From: the human T2T-CHM13v2.0 reference genome, Homo sapiens
Assembly: GCF_009914755.1 (NCBI RefSeq)
Contig: NC_060938.1
Length of the DNA stretch: 64,000 bases
Direction: 5' to 3' (one strand)
This document shows positions 1-13,049 of the stretch, one piece after another. How positions within the stretch are numbered: position 1 is the stretch's first letter; every line of letters begins with the position of its first letter. The notes under the pieces are model-generated. The model did no database searches. It had not been told where the DNA came from and saw only the letters and a list, made by a program, of their open reading frames with translations. Position numbers and translations under genes: made by a program.

Positions 1-607
1 CCTTGTACCTCATGCTCACTGGATGCGGGACAAGAACTCGGGACCTTCTGAATGGCAGGATTGAAAGAGCTATAACACAAACAGGACTGAAACATGCCTC
101 CCTGCTTGCCACATTGCGGATGATGAGAAGAAGAGAAGACAGAAACAGAGAAGAGCCATGGTCCTTCGGGAAACCCAGACCTAGCAGCTCCCCAAGCCAG
201 AGCTGTGACACTCTCTTCGGAGCTCTGCAGTTCCTCGCGTCTCCAAGATTCTGGGTACCACCATGTTCCCCAGTGTCTGCAGTGAAAGCCGCTTGCAGTA
301 CGCCTGCTCCAGCTGCGGCCTAGCAGGGAGCCAACGCCCATGCCGGGAGTTGCCCACCCCGCTACAGCTGGCATGTCTGGCTGTACACAGTGGCCAGACC
401 CTGTGGTTGCTCAAACAGCCCTCACCGTTCCATGGCTGGCTCACCCTTGACAGGTGTGAGATCCAGGCCAGTAGCGCAAGCTGAGCACAGCCTAACAGGC
501 CGAGAGGGCAAAACAAACCCAGTGAAACTGAGCAAAACTTGGGCAAAGGTGCCACTGGCCACAGAGGTTTCTGGCTGGCAAAGCGACACCCCAAGGGTCT
601 TGCGACA
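1..607 (+). mobile_element. ERV1 LTR 3' part (MER52-like), cut by the window edge
   Basis: GC-rich segment ending ...gcgacaccccaagggtcttgcgaca with terminal CA, resembling the MER52 consensus end. Confidence 0.75.
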
Positions 608-632
608 TTTTTTATATGAATTTTTTTACAAT

Positions 633-956
633 TCTTTTCTTTTCTTCTTCTTCTTTTTTTTTTTTTTTTTTTTTTTTTTTGAGACAGAGTCTCTGTCACC
701 CAGGCTGGAGAGCAGTGGCGCGATCTCGGCTCACTGCAACCTCCGCCTCCCAGGTTAAGCGATTCTCATGCCTCAGCCGCCGGCGTAGCTGGGATTACAG
801 GTGTGTGCCACTACCCCGGCTAATTTTTGTATTTTTAGTAGAGGCGGGGTTTCACCATGCTGGGCCAAGCTGGTCACAAACACCTAACCTCAAGTGATCT
901 GCCCACCTTAGCCTCCCAAAGTGTGGAATTATAGGCATAAGCCATCACACCTGGCC
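633..956 (-). mobile_element. Alu (AluS-like)
   Basis: PolyT tract, then gagacagagtct...cacacctggcc. Confidence 0.95.
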
Positions 957-2339
957 AAGATTTATTTTATCAGTTGTGTGTCCCTATTTTTCAGAAGGTT
1001 TTCATTTAAGCTTCTAGGATTCTAGGCTAGAAAACTTAAAATTATTTTTGACCCTTCCTTATATTTACATCAAGGCATACGCTTTCTTAACCTCAAAAAC
1101 TCCGAAGTTAGTTATTATACACTAAATAGCTTCGTTTGAGTTCAGTTCACTAAATTATGGAAGCATTTGTTTAGTCCACTCTCCACTACCACTCGAGTTT
1201 CTCTAGTGACATAAACCAGCTAACTCACCTCCCAACATGCACTGGTGCAATTAATCCATAGGCTTATGATTAATCAGTTATTAACTGCGACTGAAGTCAC
1301 AGGATGTAGTCACAAGTTAAAAAAATCAATTAATCTAAAAAATATTCACAGCAGAAGCATGTTTTCCACAGGAGTTTATTCCACCATTTGGTCCAATTTT
1401 TCTGTCTTTAATCTTTGAATTAAACCAAATTAATCTGAAAACCCAGATGGAAAGACACACTAAAAACTATATTGGATGTCATCTTTTTCTCTGGAAAGTT
1501 CCAGAAATCTTAAAAATCCTATACAGAAGATATATAAATGTGGTTCCTTAAGGAAAATAATTGCTCAATATACTTGGAGGCACTAAAGCTAGAGAAGCAT
1601 ATTATTTTTTCACTTTATGAACAAGAATTTATATTACTAATACAACTATATATGAATGCACTATATGAGTGATAGCTCATAACAATAGATAACGCTAATT
1701 ATATGCATATGTCTGTCAATGACCACAACCTGACTGAAATGGTTACTGTGAAGCTATACAAAAGAGAAATTAAATCATTGTTAGACATCAATAATTAAGA
1801 ACAAAGCATCAATATAAATGATTTGTAATTCTGCAGATATCAATTCAAAAGCACTGTTTTCTTTGATAAATCGATGGGAAATTTTGTTCAAATATTGATG
1901 ACAGGAAATGTTTCATATCTTTCCTACATAGCAATTTTTGAATAACGGGTAATCTTATTTGATCATTCATAATAAAAGACAAAATGAATACTTACAGCCA
2001 ACTTCCTCAAATGGGACATTTCTAAGAATGTGGCTATCTATAAAACTTAGATTCATTCATTCTAATGTGAAATTTTGCTTTTACTCATTTACTTACACAA
2101 ATTAGAATCCATTGCATCTTCAATAAGTTTTTTAAAATATATGCAACTACATGTTTTATATATCTTTGCTAATATTATCCTGATGATTTTGCATATTATT
2201 CTAGAGAAAGAGTTTTTGAACCTTGATATGTCCTGGAAAAACTGTCCCAGGATTTTTCTTTTACCTCTTCCTCACTCATTTTCTATCAAACTCCTGAAAA
2301 ATGAAAATAACAAAGGATATAAATTTTTAAACTATGTAC

Positions 2340-2344
<5 letters not shown>

Positions 2345-2388
<44 letters not shown>
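2345..2388. repeat. (TG)n microsatellite
   Basis: About 22 perfect TG units. Confidence 0.95.
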
Positions 2389-2391
<3 letters not shown>

Positions 2392-2392
2392 C

Positions 2393-2749
2393 TGATATGG
2401 TTTGGTTGTGTCCCCACCCAAATCTCATCCTGAATTGTAGTTCCCATAATCCCCATGTGTGGTGGGAGGGACCCAGTGGGAAGTAATTGAATCATAGGGA
2501 CAGTGTCCACCACGCTATTCTCGTGATAATAAGTTCTCACAAGATCTTGTGGTTTTATAAGGGCTCCCCCCCTCACTCAGCTCTCATTCTTCTCCCTCCT
2601 GCTGCCCTGTGAAGAAGTGCCTTTAACCATGATTTTAAGTTTCTGGAGGCCTCCCCAGCCATGCAGAACTGTGAGTCAATTAAATGTCTTTTTTTTGTAA
2701 ATTATTGTCTTGGGTATTTCTTCATAGCAGTGTGGAACAGACTAATACA
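2393..2749 (+). mobile_element. THE1 (C/D-like) MaLR solo LTR
   Basis: tgatatggtttgg...gactaataca; perfect 5-bp TSD gtatc at 2388-2392 and 2750-2754. Confidence 0.92.
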
Positions 2750-2757
2750 GTATCTAT

Positions 2758-2788
<31 letters not shown>

Positions 2789-2797
2789 TTATACATA

Positions 2798-3108
2798 CAG
2801 TCATGTGCTGCATAACTGTGTTTCAGTCACAACAGACCGCATATAAAATGGTGGTTCCACAAAGTATAATACCACATTTTTATTGTAGTTTTTCTGTTTA
2901 GATACACAAATATATATCACTGTGTTACGACTGCTTACAGCATTCAGTATAGTAACATGCTGTAGAGGTTTGTGGTCTAGGGTTAATAGGCTATACCATA
3001 TCACCTAGGTGTGTAGTGGGCTATACCATCTAGGTTTGTGTAAGTATGCTCTACAATGTTCATACAATAATGAAATCATTTAAGGGCACATTTCTCAGAA
3101 CATATCCC
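2798..3108 (+). mobile_element. Tigger3a-like (TcMar-Tigger) DNA transposon relic
   Basis: Left TIR cagtcatgtgctgcataac and internal aggctataccat repeats; right end lost next to (GT)n at 3113-3156. Confidence 0.8.
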
Positions 3109-3110
3109 TG

Positions 3111-3157
<47 letters not shown>

Positions 3158-3240
3158 CATGTACGCATATAATGTATACAGATTTTTGTCTTTTTGTAAA
3201 AATTAAATCATATAACACTTTTTTGATACTTATAGCAGCC

Positions 3241-3508
3241 TTTTTTTTTTTTTTCTGAGATGGAGTCTAACTCTGCCACTCAGGCTGGAGTGCAGTGGCG
3301 CGATCTCGGCTCACTACAACCTCTGCCTCCTGTTCAAGTGATTCTCCTGCCTCAACCTCCCGAACAGCTGCCTGGCTAATTTTTGTATTTGTAGTAGAGA
3401 TGGGGTTTCACCATGTTGGCCAGGCTGGTCTCAAACTCCTCACCTCAGGTGATCAGCGTGCCTCGGCCTCCCAAAGTGCTGGGATTACAGGCGTGAGCAA
3501 CGCCCAGC
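3241..3508 (-). mobile_element. Alu (AluS-like) inserted in an old L1, with small internal deletions
   Basis: PolyT and Alu body; flanked by tagcagc(c/t)ttt on both sides. Confidence 0.92.
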
Positions 3509-4080
3509 TAGCAGCTTTATTTCTAATTGCTAAAACTTGTAGACAACTAAGATGTCCTTCAGTGGGTAAACTGATAAATAAAAGGTAGCACATACAGACA
3601 GTGGAATATTATTCAGTGCTGAAAAGAAGTGAGCTCTCAAGCCATGAATACACATGGAGGAATCTTAAATGCATATGAGTAGGTGAAAGAAGCCAATCTG
3701 TAAAGGCAACATGATATGATTCCAAATATATGACATTCTGGAAAAGGCAAGCAATGGAGACAGTAAAAAGGCCAGTGGTTGCCAAACATTTGTAGGGAAG
3801 GAGGGATAAATAGGCAGAGCACAGAGGATTTTTAGGGCAGTGGAACTACTCTGTGTGATACTAAAATGGTGGATATGTGTCATGATACATTGTCCAAACC
3901 TATAGAATTTACAACACTAAGAGTGAAGCCTAATGTAAACTATGGACTTGGGTGATAATGATGTGTCAATGCAGGTTCATCAATTATAATCAGCCACTCT
4001 GGTACTGGAAGTTGGTAGTGGGAGGGGTTGTGCATGCATGGAGGAGGAAGTACATGGGAATTTTAATATAACACTTAAAA
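3509..4080 (+). mobile_element. Old L1 3' end (L1MC-like)
   Basis: gatgtccttcagtgggtaaa...gtggaatattattcag...aatgtaaactatggacttgggtgataatgatgtgtcaatg. Confidence 0.7.
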
Positions 4081-5171
4081 AAAAATCTTACTTTTCTCAC
4101 ACAAACTACTTCATGGAAATTCCTCCAAGGTAGAGCTCTAATCCTCCCCACCCTTTTAAAAATAGTTGTATAATATCCCTGGTCATGAATGTTTTCTAAT
4201 TTAGTCAATCATTCCCATTAATTGTCTCTAAACTCCCATTAATTGTCCTTAAATTCTTGTAAGGAACCTGGTTTGTAACTAGTTGTATCGAATTTTGCCT
4301 GATTGCTTTCCAAAAGGAATGTACATTTCACCACAAGCATATGAGTATTCTTCTTCCTGAATTTCAGCCGTAACAGGCTTTTTTGCTCTTCTAAATTTTT
4401 GTGCACTCTGATTGTGTGAAGTGATAGCTCATTGTTACTTTATATTTGCACTTCCCTGATGACTGGTGAACTTGATTGGGCTTTCACTTGATGATTTTCT
4501 AGATTTTTGCTTCCTTGAACTGTCTACTTAGATCCTTTGTCTATTTTTATCCTGGGTTAGTTATCTTTTTCTTTAAAAATTTAAAAAATCTTTGTATATT
4601 ATGGAGAATCTTTTGGTTATTTTTCTATTAATTTTGTTCAGCAAATATCATTTCATAGACATATAACTTAATTTTTATATAGTAAGATATGACTGTCTTT
4701 TCTTGCATAGCTTTGGTTGGCAAAATATAATAAAGTATGGCTAGTTTTCCCCTAGATTGCAGATGAAGTCTTTACTCCATCCAGAACCGAATTTTGAATG
4801 TTGTGTCACTTCGAGGTCTAATTTTATTTTCTTTTGATGGAGATATAGTAGCCACACCACCATTGAATACTCATTCTTCCACAACGAGTTGAACCCAAAA
4901 TTTATCATGTATTAAAGTTTCACATGTTAGGATCTACTTCTGGATTACCTACTCTGTTATAAGAATTTATTTTTCTTTTCTTGTGCAAAACCATATTAAT
5001 GTGACATAGAAGTTTTTAGCTTCTGAACTCTACTAATAAAACTTCACCCTGTCCCAGTCCCTTGCTGCTATTCTATTTCGGGCTTTTTTGGTTATTCTCA
5101 GGCATCTATCTTGCAGTTAATGTCCAGATTATTTTCTTTTACAAACAAACAAACAACAACAACAAAAAAGC

Positions 5172-5445
5172 AGCTGAGAAGTGGCTCATGCCTATAATCC
5201 CAGCACTTTGGCTAGGATTTCAACACCAGCCTAAGGAACATAGCGAAACCCTGCCTCTACAAAAACTAAAAATTAGCTGGGCATGGTGCATCCTGTAATC
5301 CTTGCTACTCAGGAGGCTGAAGCAAGAGAATCACTTAAGCCCAGGAGGTTGAGGCTGCAGTTGTGAGCCATAATTGCATGCCACTCCACTCCATTCTGGA
5401 CCACAGAGCGAGACCTGTCTCTAAAATAAATGAATAAATAAATAA
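5172..5445 (+). mobile_element. AluJ-like, left-arm deletion
   Basis: gtggctcatgcctataatcccagcactttgg...gagacctgtctct plus (AAAT)n tail. Confidence 0.85.
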
Positions 5446-6571
5446 ACACACACACAGACAAACATAAAACTCTGCTGGGATTGTTCATTGAGAATCAATT
5501 AAATTCACATATAAATTTTAATTTTAGGTAAGTGAAAACTCAGATATCCATCTGACCTGGTGCCATCAACCAAATACAGATACTTAATCACATTTCTAAT
5601 ACTAACTTTAAAAGCAAATTTTTTGATTGGCACTGCTCTTTGGACAATATTTAACAATTTAAATTTTGCTAGAAAATAATCAATTTCCTTAAGAACTGCA
5701 TGAAGCATCTCTTAATTTTGTGATCTCTCCTTTTTCTAAGGTTATGTCTCTTTCCTCATTCCAAATCAGGAGTATTTTTACTTCCTTTCTTCCCTATTTT
5801 ATTAGAATTACAAGAGGTTTGTCATTTTTATTTTTCTTTTAAAATAACCAGATTTGCATTTTTAAAAATTTCTAGCTGTATTTGCTTGCTGTTATGCTAT
5901 TTTCAGCTTTTACTTTACTAATGCTGTACTAATTTACTTAATTTAATTACATTTTTGTGATTCATTAGGATGAGAATTTCTGGTGTTCCATTACTTTTTA
6001 AAAAAATAATTACGGCATTTTGAGCTGATTTTCCATTGAATTTAGCCTTTGTTTTGTTCAAAGTTTTTACTATCAATTATCTGTTTAAGTGCCTTCTAAA
6101 TGGTATATAATTTGACTACTGATTTTCCTTTGATACAACGATTATCCAGGTATGTTTAAAATGTCCAAGAAGAAATAATTTAACAATCACCATTTTATTA
6201 CTTATTTCTATTATGGTTAGAACTTATGCCATACAAATATTTACATATTAGAATTTAAGGTTATATATATATTTCAACTTAATGTAATTATTTTTCTAAA
6301 ATATATATATACATATATTTAGTCAAATACAAAAATTTTTGAGAGAATACCCAAGAAGAGGTAATTTTTTTTCATTTCCAAGGTGATTAATTTCTACCTT
6401 TTCCCCTCATTTCAATAAAGCAAAAATTTTAGATGCCCTTCAGGGCACACTCTGCCCCCACCCTCTGCTGCCCACATCCTTGCCCCTGATAAGGAAACTT
6501 AGAACACTTTTTATTTCTTCTTTTCTCTCCTGCCAACCTCAACTCTTATATTTTGTTTTCGTTGATTTTAG

Positions 6572-6989
<418 letters not shown>

Positions 6990-8048
6990 AACCCACATTC
7001 TTGACCCATTTGAGGTCACTATTTTTTTCCTTCAATCTTTTCTACAGTATATATCTTAGACTGTATAATATAAAGGAATCCTCACTGGATTCCTGTACAA
7101 CAATATTTTCTCCTTATGGTCAATGACATGGTCACTGGCTACAGGATTCCTGAGTTGCTGTCTTCTTCTTTAATAACCTATAGATATTATTCTGCTGCCT
7201 TTTATCGTTTGAAATCAAATATAAGAACTCTGATATAAATCCTTTTTTAAAATGTGTCCTTTTTTGCTTTGTGATTTCCTCTTTCTCCTCGGATTTCATA
7301 TCTTTTTGTATTAGCTCAGGTGGTTATCTTTTCTCCTGATTCAGTATGAGTTCAGGATTTTCAGTAAGCACAGCTACAAGTTCAGGCCTTTTCAACTTAA
7401 TGTAATTATTTTTCTAAAATTTCCGGTATTTGTATATTACTTCCATAGGCTATATCCTCCAAGTCTTTCTCCCTCTTTCCCCTCCTCATGATTTATATAT
7501 CTTCATACTTCATGCTCTGTATTTTGAGATATTTCTAGCACTTCCTGTCCTAGGCCACTAATTTGATCCCCATTTCCAATTTTTTTACTGAACTATTTAG
7601 TTAAGAAATTATGATTTTCAGTATCACCAAATCTAGCACGTATATGTGTATGTATGTGCACATGCACTCGAATGAATGTACCTGACAAATAAATCTCTTT
7701 AAATATTAGCCTTCTTTTTATTTATTAACACTTAAGCTGTTCTATGTTTCATTGGGTATATGTTCCATTTAATTTTTACTAACTTCTGCTTCTGACACAG
7801 GACACTATTGATAGGTTATTCTTCTTTGTCACATCTTTGGGGCTCTAATCTGGTTGTTGATGAATCCTAATGGTAGGTGATATCAAAAGTGTGGGAAGAC
7901 AAAGTCATCCCTGCTCCATGGACCAGTGGTGAAGAGGCAGACTAGCCTCTTCTGAAGAACTGGAGACAATCTCCCTGCCTTCTTTGTTGCTATAGTCTTT
8001 CAGCCTCAGGACAGAGAACACTTTCCCAACCTACCTCTACTATGCGCA

Positions 8049-8430
8049 TGGCAAGGTTTGGCTCTGTGTCCCTACCCAAATTTCATCATGTAGCTCACAT
8101 AATTCCCAATGTTAGGGGAGGGACCTGGTGGGAATCATGACTGAATCATGATGGTGGGTTGTGGGGGTGGGGGGTCTTTACCATGCTGTTCTGGTGATAG
8201 TGAATGGGTCTTGTGAGATCCGGTGGTTTTAAAAGTGGGAGTTTCTTGAGCAGGCTCTCTTTTTGCCTGCCGCCATCCATGCAAGATATGACATGCTCCT
8301 CCTTGCCTTCTACCATGATCCTGAGGCCGCCCCAGCCACATGGAACTGTAAGTCCAATAAACCTCCGTCTTTTGTAAATTGCCCTGTCTCTGGTATATCT
8401 TTACCAGCAGCATGAAAACAGACTAATACA
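8049..8430 (+). mobile_element. THE1 MaLR solo LTR
   Basis: tggcaaggtttggctctgtgtcc...gactaataca; TSD gcgca (8044-8048) and gtgca (8431-8435), differing by one CpG transition. Confidence 0.9.
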
Positions 8431-9072
8431 GTGCACTTTTGTGTTTCAGCACGAGGAGGAAAACACATTTAGCCAACCTTGCACTCAGACACATCTAGTC
8501 CCATAATTCATTGGTGAAGAACTGGAAGGACCCATTCCAGTGGCATATGGTGACAGTAGTGACAACAATGTTGTTTCCTGGGAAGCAGGAGCAATTGTGC
8601 TAATTACGGCACCCTGAATTTAATATGAGCACAACAGCACACATTGAGAAATTCAGCACACCCTGGCTGCAAAAGAGGCAGCCATGTCCTCACTGGCTCG
8701 TGGAGGGATTGAGGGCTGTGCTTCTCCATGTCATCTAGCTCACAGACTGTTTTCCAAATTTCATTCTATGATCGTAAAGCAATTCTATAAAGTTCACTTT
8801 TACTTATTTATTTGTTTAGTTAGTAGGTGAGTCAGTAAGTTAGTTGGTTAATTTAAATCAGCCAATTTTGAAATCTGCTGCTTGTATGGAACAGTTTATT
8901 AAATGAGTATTAATCAATAGATATAGCTATAAATTAACTCCATTCCCTCTCCCACTGGCCCTGAAAGCCTATGTGACAGGCTATTTCTTATCCTGCTATT
9001 GGATGAAATTTTAGGCACATTCCACAGCTTTCCCAGTTCCCTGAGTCAATCACAAGAACAGTCCCATTTCTG

Positions 9073-10010
9073 GAGAAAATTTTTACAATCTCCTCATCTG
9101 ACAAAGGGCTAATATCCAGAATCTACAAAGAACTCAAACAAATTTACAAGAAAAAAACAAACAACCCCATCAACAGGTGGGCAAAGGATATGAACAGACA
9201 CTTCTCAAAAGAAGACATTCATGCAGCCAAAAAACACATGAAAAAATGCTCATCATCACTGGCCATCAGAGAAATGCAAATCAAAACCACAATGAGATAC
9301 CATCTCACACCAGTTAGAATGGCGATCATTAAAAAGTCAGGAAACAACAGGTGTTGGAGAGGATGTGGAGAAATAGGACACTTTTACACTGTTGGTAGGA
9401 CTGTAAACTAGTTCAACCATTGTGGAAGACAGTGTGGCGATTCCTCAGGGATCTAGAACTGGAAATACCATTTGACCCAGCCATCCCATTACTGGGTATA
9501 TACCCAAAAGATTATAAATCATGCTGCTATAGAGACACATGCACATGTATGTTTATTGCAGCACTATTCACAATAGCAAAGACTGGGAACCAACCCAAAT
9601 GTCCAACAATGATAGACTGGATTGAGAAAATGTGGCACATAGTCACCATGGAATACTATGCAGCCATAAAAAATGATGAGTTCCTGTCCTTTGTAGGGAC
9701 TTGGATGAAGCTGGAAACCATCATTCTCAGCAAACTATTGCAAGGACGAAAAACCAAACGCCACATGTTCTCACTCATAGGTGGGAATTGAACAATGAGA
9801 ACACCTGGACACAGGAAGGGGAACATCACACACCGGGGCCTGTTGTGGGGTGGGGGCAGGGGGTAGGGATAGCATTAGGAGATATACCTGATGTAAATGA
9901 CAAGTTAATGGGTCCAGCACACCAACATGGAACATATATACATATGTAACAAACCTGCACATTGTGCACATGTACCCTAGTACTTAAAGTATAATAAAAA
10001 AATACAAAAA
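9073..10010 (+). mobile_element. 5'-truncated L1PA (PA4/5-like): ORF2 C-terminus, 3'UTR and polyA
   Basis: ORF2 C-terminal peptides; perfect 19-bp TSD aagaacagtcccatttctg at 9054-9072 and 10011-10029. Confidence 0.95.
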
Positions 10011-10747
10011 AAGAACAGTCCCATTTCTGTAATTAAAATATCCAGTTCAATAACTTTGTAAAAGACCTGTGAAGTTTCTGATTTAAAATTTCTCTATTCT
10101 TCCCAGCTGTCTTCTAGTTCAGGCTTGATATCCCGAAAGTTTGAGGGGGAAAGAGTGGAAGTGGTATTACTTAGCCTTTCTTCCCTCTTTATCTGCTTTG
10201 TTCTTTGACCCTTCCATTTTCACTAGCCATAGGGTATAACTCCTTCAGGACTGTAGAGGTGATGATAGAAGCAGGGGAGGTAAGGGATAAAGGTACCCCA
10301 TCCTTTGTAGAGGAAACAGTCTACAGATCTTAGGGTGGAACTCTCGAAGGACCCTCAATTGCTTCCATTTCTAGGTTCCACTCTCAGCTGCTTATATAAA
10401 TCAAAGTGGAAGGGTCTCCAATGCTGGTATGGATGGTCTTTTAAAATGATTTCACTTTTTAGGCCTTTGCCAAAACTGATATACAAAGAAACTCAGTTAA
10501 AAATAATATTTTCAGAACAAATTAGTAGTAATAATGGAACTATAAGTCCTCATACATAGATATTTTTGGCTCTTGTAATAAACCCTTGTCCCAAACTAAT
10601 CTCTTACATACCGATAGGCAGAATAAAAACACACATTTTTGTTCTACCTTGATTTGCATAAATAAAAAAAGAATTAGTGGCTAAATATGAGATAATTCCA
10701 TTTTTTGAAGGCTCATATACACCTATACACCCTTTTCTGTGTTTTGA

Positions 10748-11077
<330 letters not shown>

Positions 11078-13002
11078 ACTGTTTACTATTTTAACCTTTA
11101 ATTCATTCTTAAAAACTTTCAAAAGATTTAATACCAATAATAACATATATAGAATTTATTTCATCAGTTCAAAAAATATTTATAGATATATAATTTTCTA
11201 TATTCTCTATCTACTCAAAGGAAACATAATTGCATTTCTTTCTTTTAACAACATTGGCTCTCTCATCCACAATGCAGTCATCAGCATTATCTGGTCTTAG
11301 GCAACATAACTTTATTAGCACCTCTTCTAAGAATAGGTCTTTAGAATAGTCCTCAAAAGAGATACAACCAAGAGAGAACTTTATCTCCAGCTCTAGACTT
11401 CTAGTCTACAAAGCTTGAAGGAATAGGAGGAATACAACTTGAAACAAATGATTATCGAAATGAAAAACAAAAGCCAAAACAAAAATATGAACCGTCACAA
11501 CAAAAACTTCACCTGACGTAAGAGCATATTACACACGACTCCAGTTGTAGCCTGATAGTACTAAGAGCATAACCAACTTTGTACCTTCCACTGATTACCA
11601 AATGCTCCTCATTCTAATTATTAATTTTAAAACTGATAAACAGGGCCTCCAGGCTGACAAGACAGTGTGTGTGTCAGCTAGAATAATCAGACAATACAGC
11701 CAAGTATCCGGCACATAGAATTCTGCTCTCAGTTGCCATCTCTGGTCTGGGCTTAGCACTCAGAAAATTGGGAAAAATTAACAATACTCTCAAATGTAGA
11801 CTCTGACCAGTCACCACTGGTATGTCTAACCTAGGAGAATCCACCAACTCTCTCTATATATACTTTTAATGCTGCTCTAGAATTAGCTTCCAAATGCAGA
11901 TGTGACCATCCATATTTTTTTTTTTGGTCCAGACTATTATTGCTGAAGTTGATACATATTTTTTAAAGTAACTGGATAAAACAAATTCTCATTAAAGTTG
12001 AATAAGAATTAGTTTATCATACTGGTTACAAGGTAAACTAAGTAATCACCAAGATCTTTGCTCTTCTCATAAAACTAATAATGCAGTTTAAGGCAAGATA
12101 CTTAACCTCTCTGTGTACTCATGTCTTCTCCTTATAAAGGCTCTGCTGTGGGAAGCACCTCCAAGCCAGTTGATTGTGAAAAACATAAAGCATGTGCTGA
12201 CTGAGTGCATAGGGAGAAAGGCAATAGAAATTTTCCAGGAAGAAAAAAATCAGTAGCAGTAGTGTTTTTTTCACAAGAGACAAAGTTACAAAGGCCAAAA
12301 GGAGCAGAAGGGAGGCAAGAATAGCAAAAGTGAAGGACTTCCAAGCATCAGGGAGTGCTCTGATTGACACTCCTCTCAGGCATATTAGATTACAAGAGTT
12401 AAAGCACATTCCAGCTACACATGGAAAACATCTCAGGGAGTTATCGGAAATATTCAGGAAGGTCAATCCTAGAAAAATATTTCAATTTCTTATTTGACAA
12501 GTGAGTGGTTATATGAACAAAATGATATTTTACTCTAAATACAATTATTTCATTTATAGTCTCAATCAGGTAAAACTTGAGAATCTTGGTAGACCAGCCT
12601 TGCAATAATGAGTGACTGCTGCCTGTGTAATGTCCCAAGCATATAACTTAATTGCATTTCAACCACAGCTGCATCTCTTTTATTGCATATTTCCATTTGA
12701 TAAAATGTACAACTCCATTGCATTTGGCCATAGACACATTGTTTATGGATAAATATCTCTATTTCCCCATTTTAAACTGACCATTGTCAACATATTAGAC
12801 ATCTGTTACAGAAAACCTGTGTATCTGTATGGCCTGGATGCAATGGGAGTAGGTCTACATCTCTTTATTTGACAACTGCCTTCCCTTCTCTGCCATGAAG
12901 GAGTTTGCTTTTCCTCTTATGGAGTTTCTGAGAATATTTTTTAAAAAGAAAAAAAGAGCCTAAAAGCAACCACTTGCTGCTTCTCTCTCTCTCTCTTTAA
13001 CC

Positions 13003-13049
13003 ATAGTGACAGGGCGGAACTCCATCTCAAAAAAAAAAAAAAAAAAAAA
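13003..13049 (+). mobile_element. Alu 3'-terminal fragment with pure polyA
   Basis: gtgacagggcggaactccatctc followed by A21. Confidence 0.7.

Noticed and set aside
3-897. Several overlapping 70-170 aa ORFs
   Set aside because: They arise from a GC-rich LTR, polyT and Alu sequence.
4300-6250. Probable ancient L1M fragments here and at ~29300-31200 and ~57200-58500, plus scattered L2/MIR pieces
   Set aside because: Too diverged to give reliable boundaries or families by eye.
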